Below, in pieces: positions 61,049-64,000 of a stretch of DNA of 64,000 nt. Origin of the DNA: the human T2T-CHM13v2.0 reference genome, Homo sapiens; assembly GCF_009914755.1 (NCBI RefSeq), contig NC_060925.1; one strand, written 5' to 3'. Each line of letters begins with the position of its first letter. The stretch's first letter is position 1. Both the position numbers and the translations under genes were made by a program. The notes under the pieces are model-generated. The model worked only from the letters and a program-made list of their open reading frames with translations, did not search any database and was not told the DNA's origin.

Positions 61049-61593
61049 CTTTAAGGTAATATCAGACTTACATTCAACCCTGCCATTATAAAGAAGATTC
61101 ACTTGAGTTTAGTGGAGTCAGGGCCTACGATAAGAGCCAGGTACAAAGATGAATAGTGACAGACTGCAGCTAAACAACTCAATATAATCTAATCTCAGAG
61201 AAAGTGGGACCAAATAAAGCCCAGTGGTATCAAATAAACCCCTATATTGAGTCATCTTTCCCAAGGAATGTTTGGGGAATAAGCAGGGTGCATATGTATT
61301 TTTTTAAAGAGGTAAAGTTACCTTTTAGGTATCATCAAGAGTTGGTGAACACATAGTTTAGAAAGAAAATTTGGCAGAGAAATGGTTTCCTCTGTTTATA
61401 ACAGCAGTTTTAGGACAAAAGCAAAATGGCTCTGCATTTCTAGAAAACATGCTGCTGCATGGTAATCCGTGAAACTGAGAACAAGGAAATAGGGTGAAGA
61501 TGAAAGGACAGGGGAAAGAAGTGGAGTCATTGCCAATTGCACAAGTAGGTGACATCACCTCTGCCTTCAGAAAGCTTGCAAGAAAAAAGAAAG

Positions 61594-61942
<349 letters not shown>

Positions 61943-62705
61943 CTAGCAATTTCAAAACCACTATAAAAGATGCTACAAGACATAAATGATTAAGTGCAGT
62001 GTGAGTATATCAGAGTAGGAAAGTAGGGCTGCAGAGGACAGGACAGTCTCTACAGAGGACTGAGATGAAAACTCACAGTGAAAAATGAGTAGGGATTATA
62101 TCATTAGAGAGGAGAAGGAGGCATTGCAAACAATAGAAAAAGAAAAAAGAAAAGGAGGTGGGAATGTATGCAGATATCAAGGAGGCAATGCATAGTTTAT
62201 TCTGGATGATCCAGAGTGTTCAAATCACATAGACCAAGTTGAGAGCAGACTGAGCAATGCATTGAGACTGTCCTAAAGAACTTTGATATTATTCTCCAGA
62301 TTGCAGGAAATCAACCATGCATTTTATTCATTCATTTATCCAGTTCACACTTATGGAGCACATACTGTGGACCAAGAACAAGTATCAGCTGCGAGCTCAG
62401 AAATCCATGAGATTAGTCCTTGCTCTTCAAGCTTTCACTGTCCAGTAGGGAGAGCCCCATAGAATCAGATAATAACACAAATTAGGAAATTCTGTGATGA
62501 AATTTTGAACAAGAAAAGTGGAGGCCAGAGGAAGCAGCACTTGGCTCTCCTTAGAGGCACTAAGGAAAAACTCCGCAAAGCTGAACTCCTTGAGCTGGGA
62601 CTTCAAAAGGGGTGGACAGACTGAACGAAGGCTCTGTGCTGCACTCTGTGGTCATACAGGGCTGCCTCCCACTTCTTTCCTTTCTCAACCATCATGTGTC
62701 ATGAG

Positions 62706-62852
62706 TGAATGAAGGAATATGGAAAGAAGGAAGGCAGGAAAGGAAGGAGAATGGGAGGAGGGAAAGAAAAAGGAAGGTAAGGAGAAAAGGGGAGAAGGAA
62801 AGAAGAAAGAAGAGGGAGAGAAAGTAGAGGCTATAGGAGGGGAGGAGGGTGG
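62706..62852. repeat. GA-rich low-complexity tract
   Basis: Direct reading. Confidence 0.85.
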
Positions 62853-63575
62853 AATGACATTCAGAAGAGGTGACAGAGAGCCCTGCAGAGCATTGTTGTG
62901 TGCACATGGATGGCAACCCTAGAACGGGCATATATGGGGTGTCCCACACTGCAGCTCTCAGGGAACAGCAGAAAGATATTCTTCCAGAAAAGGGCAAATT
63001 TTTCTAATATTTTTTGAGTAGACTGTGTGTTGCTGAATGTATGCCTAGTTCTTTGCTCAGGAACAAGTTTTGTCCCCTAGGCAAAGAAAGAGGAGGTGAT
63101 TGGTCCTTGCTCTGGCTTGAGGGGCTCTAAAATTTCCTGCCTCTGTGCTGTCCCACCCTCCTAGGCTGGGATGCTGCAGTTGGCCTGACTTCACCATCTC
63201 ATAACTGCCATCACTCCTGGGTCAGGAAACAAGCAGGGCTCACTGGCTTCAGGGGACCACAGGTAACAGGTGCGTATGTCAGCTCAGAAGCTTTATTGTC
63301 CTTTCTCCAGAGCACGAGAGTCAGCTTTTACAAGGCAAAAGAGGTGGTTGCTTTAGAAGATGAGTCCCACAAGAAAACGTATCTTACTAGGAAAGCTAGC
63401 CTGAGATGACTCCAGAAATGAAAAAGAGGAAGACTAATTTTTTCAAAGCAACTAAAGTCTCAATGTTCAGTAAATAATTTATTTGGATAATTCATTTGCA
63501 AAAAGAAAGCGTTCAACTTCTAGGAGATCAATTAATTCTATGTAAGGAGCGATTACAGTTCAGAAGTAGATTTCA

Positions 63576-63914
<339 letters not shown>

Positions 63915-64000
63915 AGAGAGATTGGCCAACTTGCCAAGATCATCTTCCTTTCTTTTTCATATCTTTATTCTTTCCTTCCTTCCTTCCTCCTGTTCCACCC

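Larger units (their letters stand above)
53795..61474 (-). ncRNA. Predicted 3' part of a spliced minus-strand transcript (lncRNA or microprotein mRNA): exons 61474-61322, 60236-60089, 55262-55021, 53958-~53795
   Basis: Four long pyrimidine-tract CAG acceptors, donors AAG|GTAACT, AAG|GTAAGC, AAG|GTGAGT, terminal double AATAAA followed by (GT)14; prediction from sequence only. Confidence 0.5.

Overview
Primate (hominoid, probably human) genomic DNA. I recognise no cellular protein-coding gene, rRNA, tRNA or CRISPR array. The window has two halves. Bases 1-32060 are an almost continuous nested pile of transposons: MER5s, an MLT1 LTR hosting a full THE1 provirus and an MSTA LTR, a THE1B provirus split by a full-length L1PA3, an old L1M 5' end carrying an HERV-K(HML-2) LTR5 solo LTR, a full-length L1MA4/5-type element, Tigger1, and an inverted full-length L1PA6 carrying an AluY. 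Bases 32060-64000 are mostly unique sequence and ancient repeats (MIR, L2, CR1/L3, MLT1, MER5/20/103) with scattered Alus, a small non-repeat CpG island at ~39.8-40.2 kb, candidate CTCF/SRF/MEF2/PBX-HOX-MEIS sites and a 400-bp (CCT/CTT)n higher-order repeat. The most interesting signals are: (1) a chain of four strong minus-strand splice-site pairs at 61.4, 60.2, 55.1 and 53.9 kb ending in a double AATAAA plus (GT)n, i.e. the 3' part of a candidate spliced lncRNA, whose exons join into a 72-75 aa ORF invisible to the six-frame track; (2) an L1PA6 with no target-site duplication, marking a deletion that removed the end of Tigger1 and probably more; (3) a complex local templated duplication/inversion of an MSTA LTR end; (4) an open, extended L1 ORF0 in an otherwise dead L1PA3; (5) a cluster of DUX4-type motifs in MaLR LTRs. 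Repeat subfamily calls are from remembered consensus diagnostics and were not checked with RepeatMasker.
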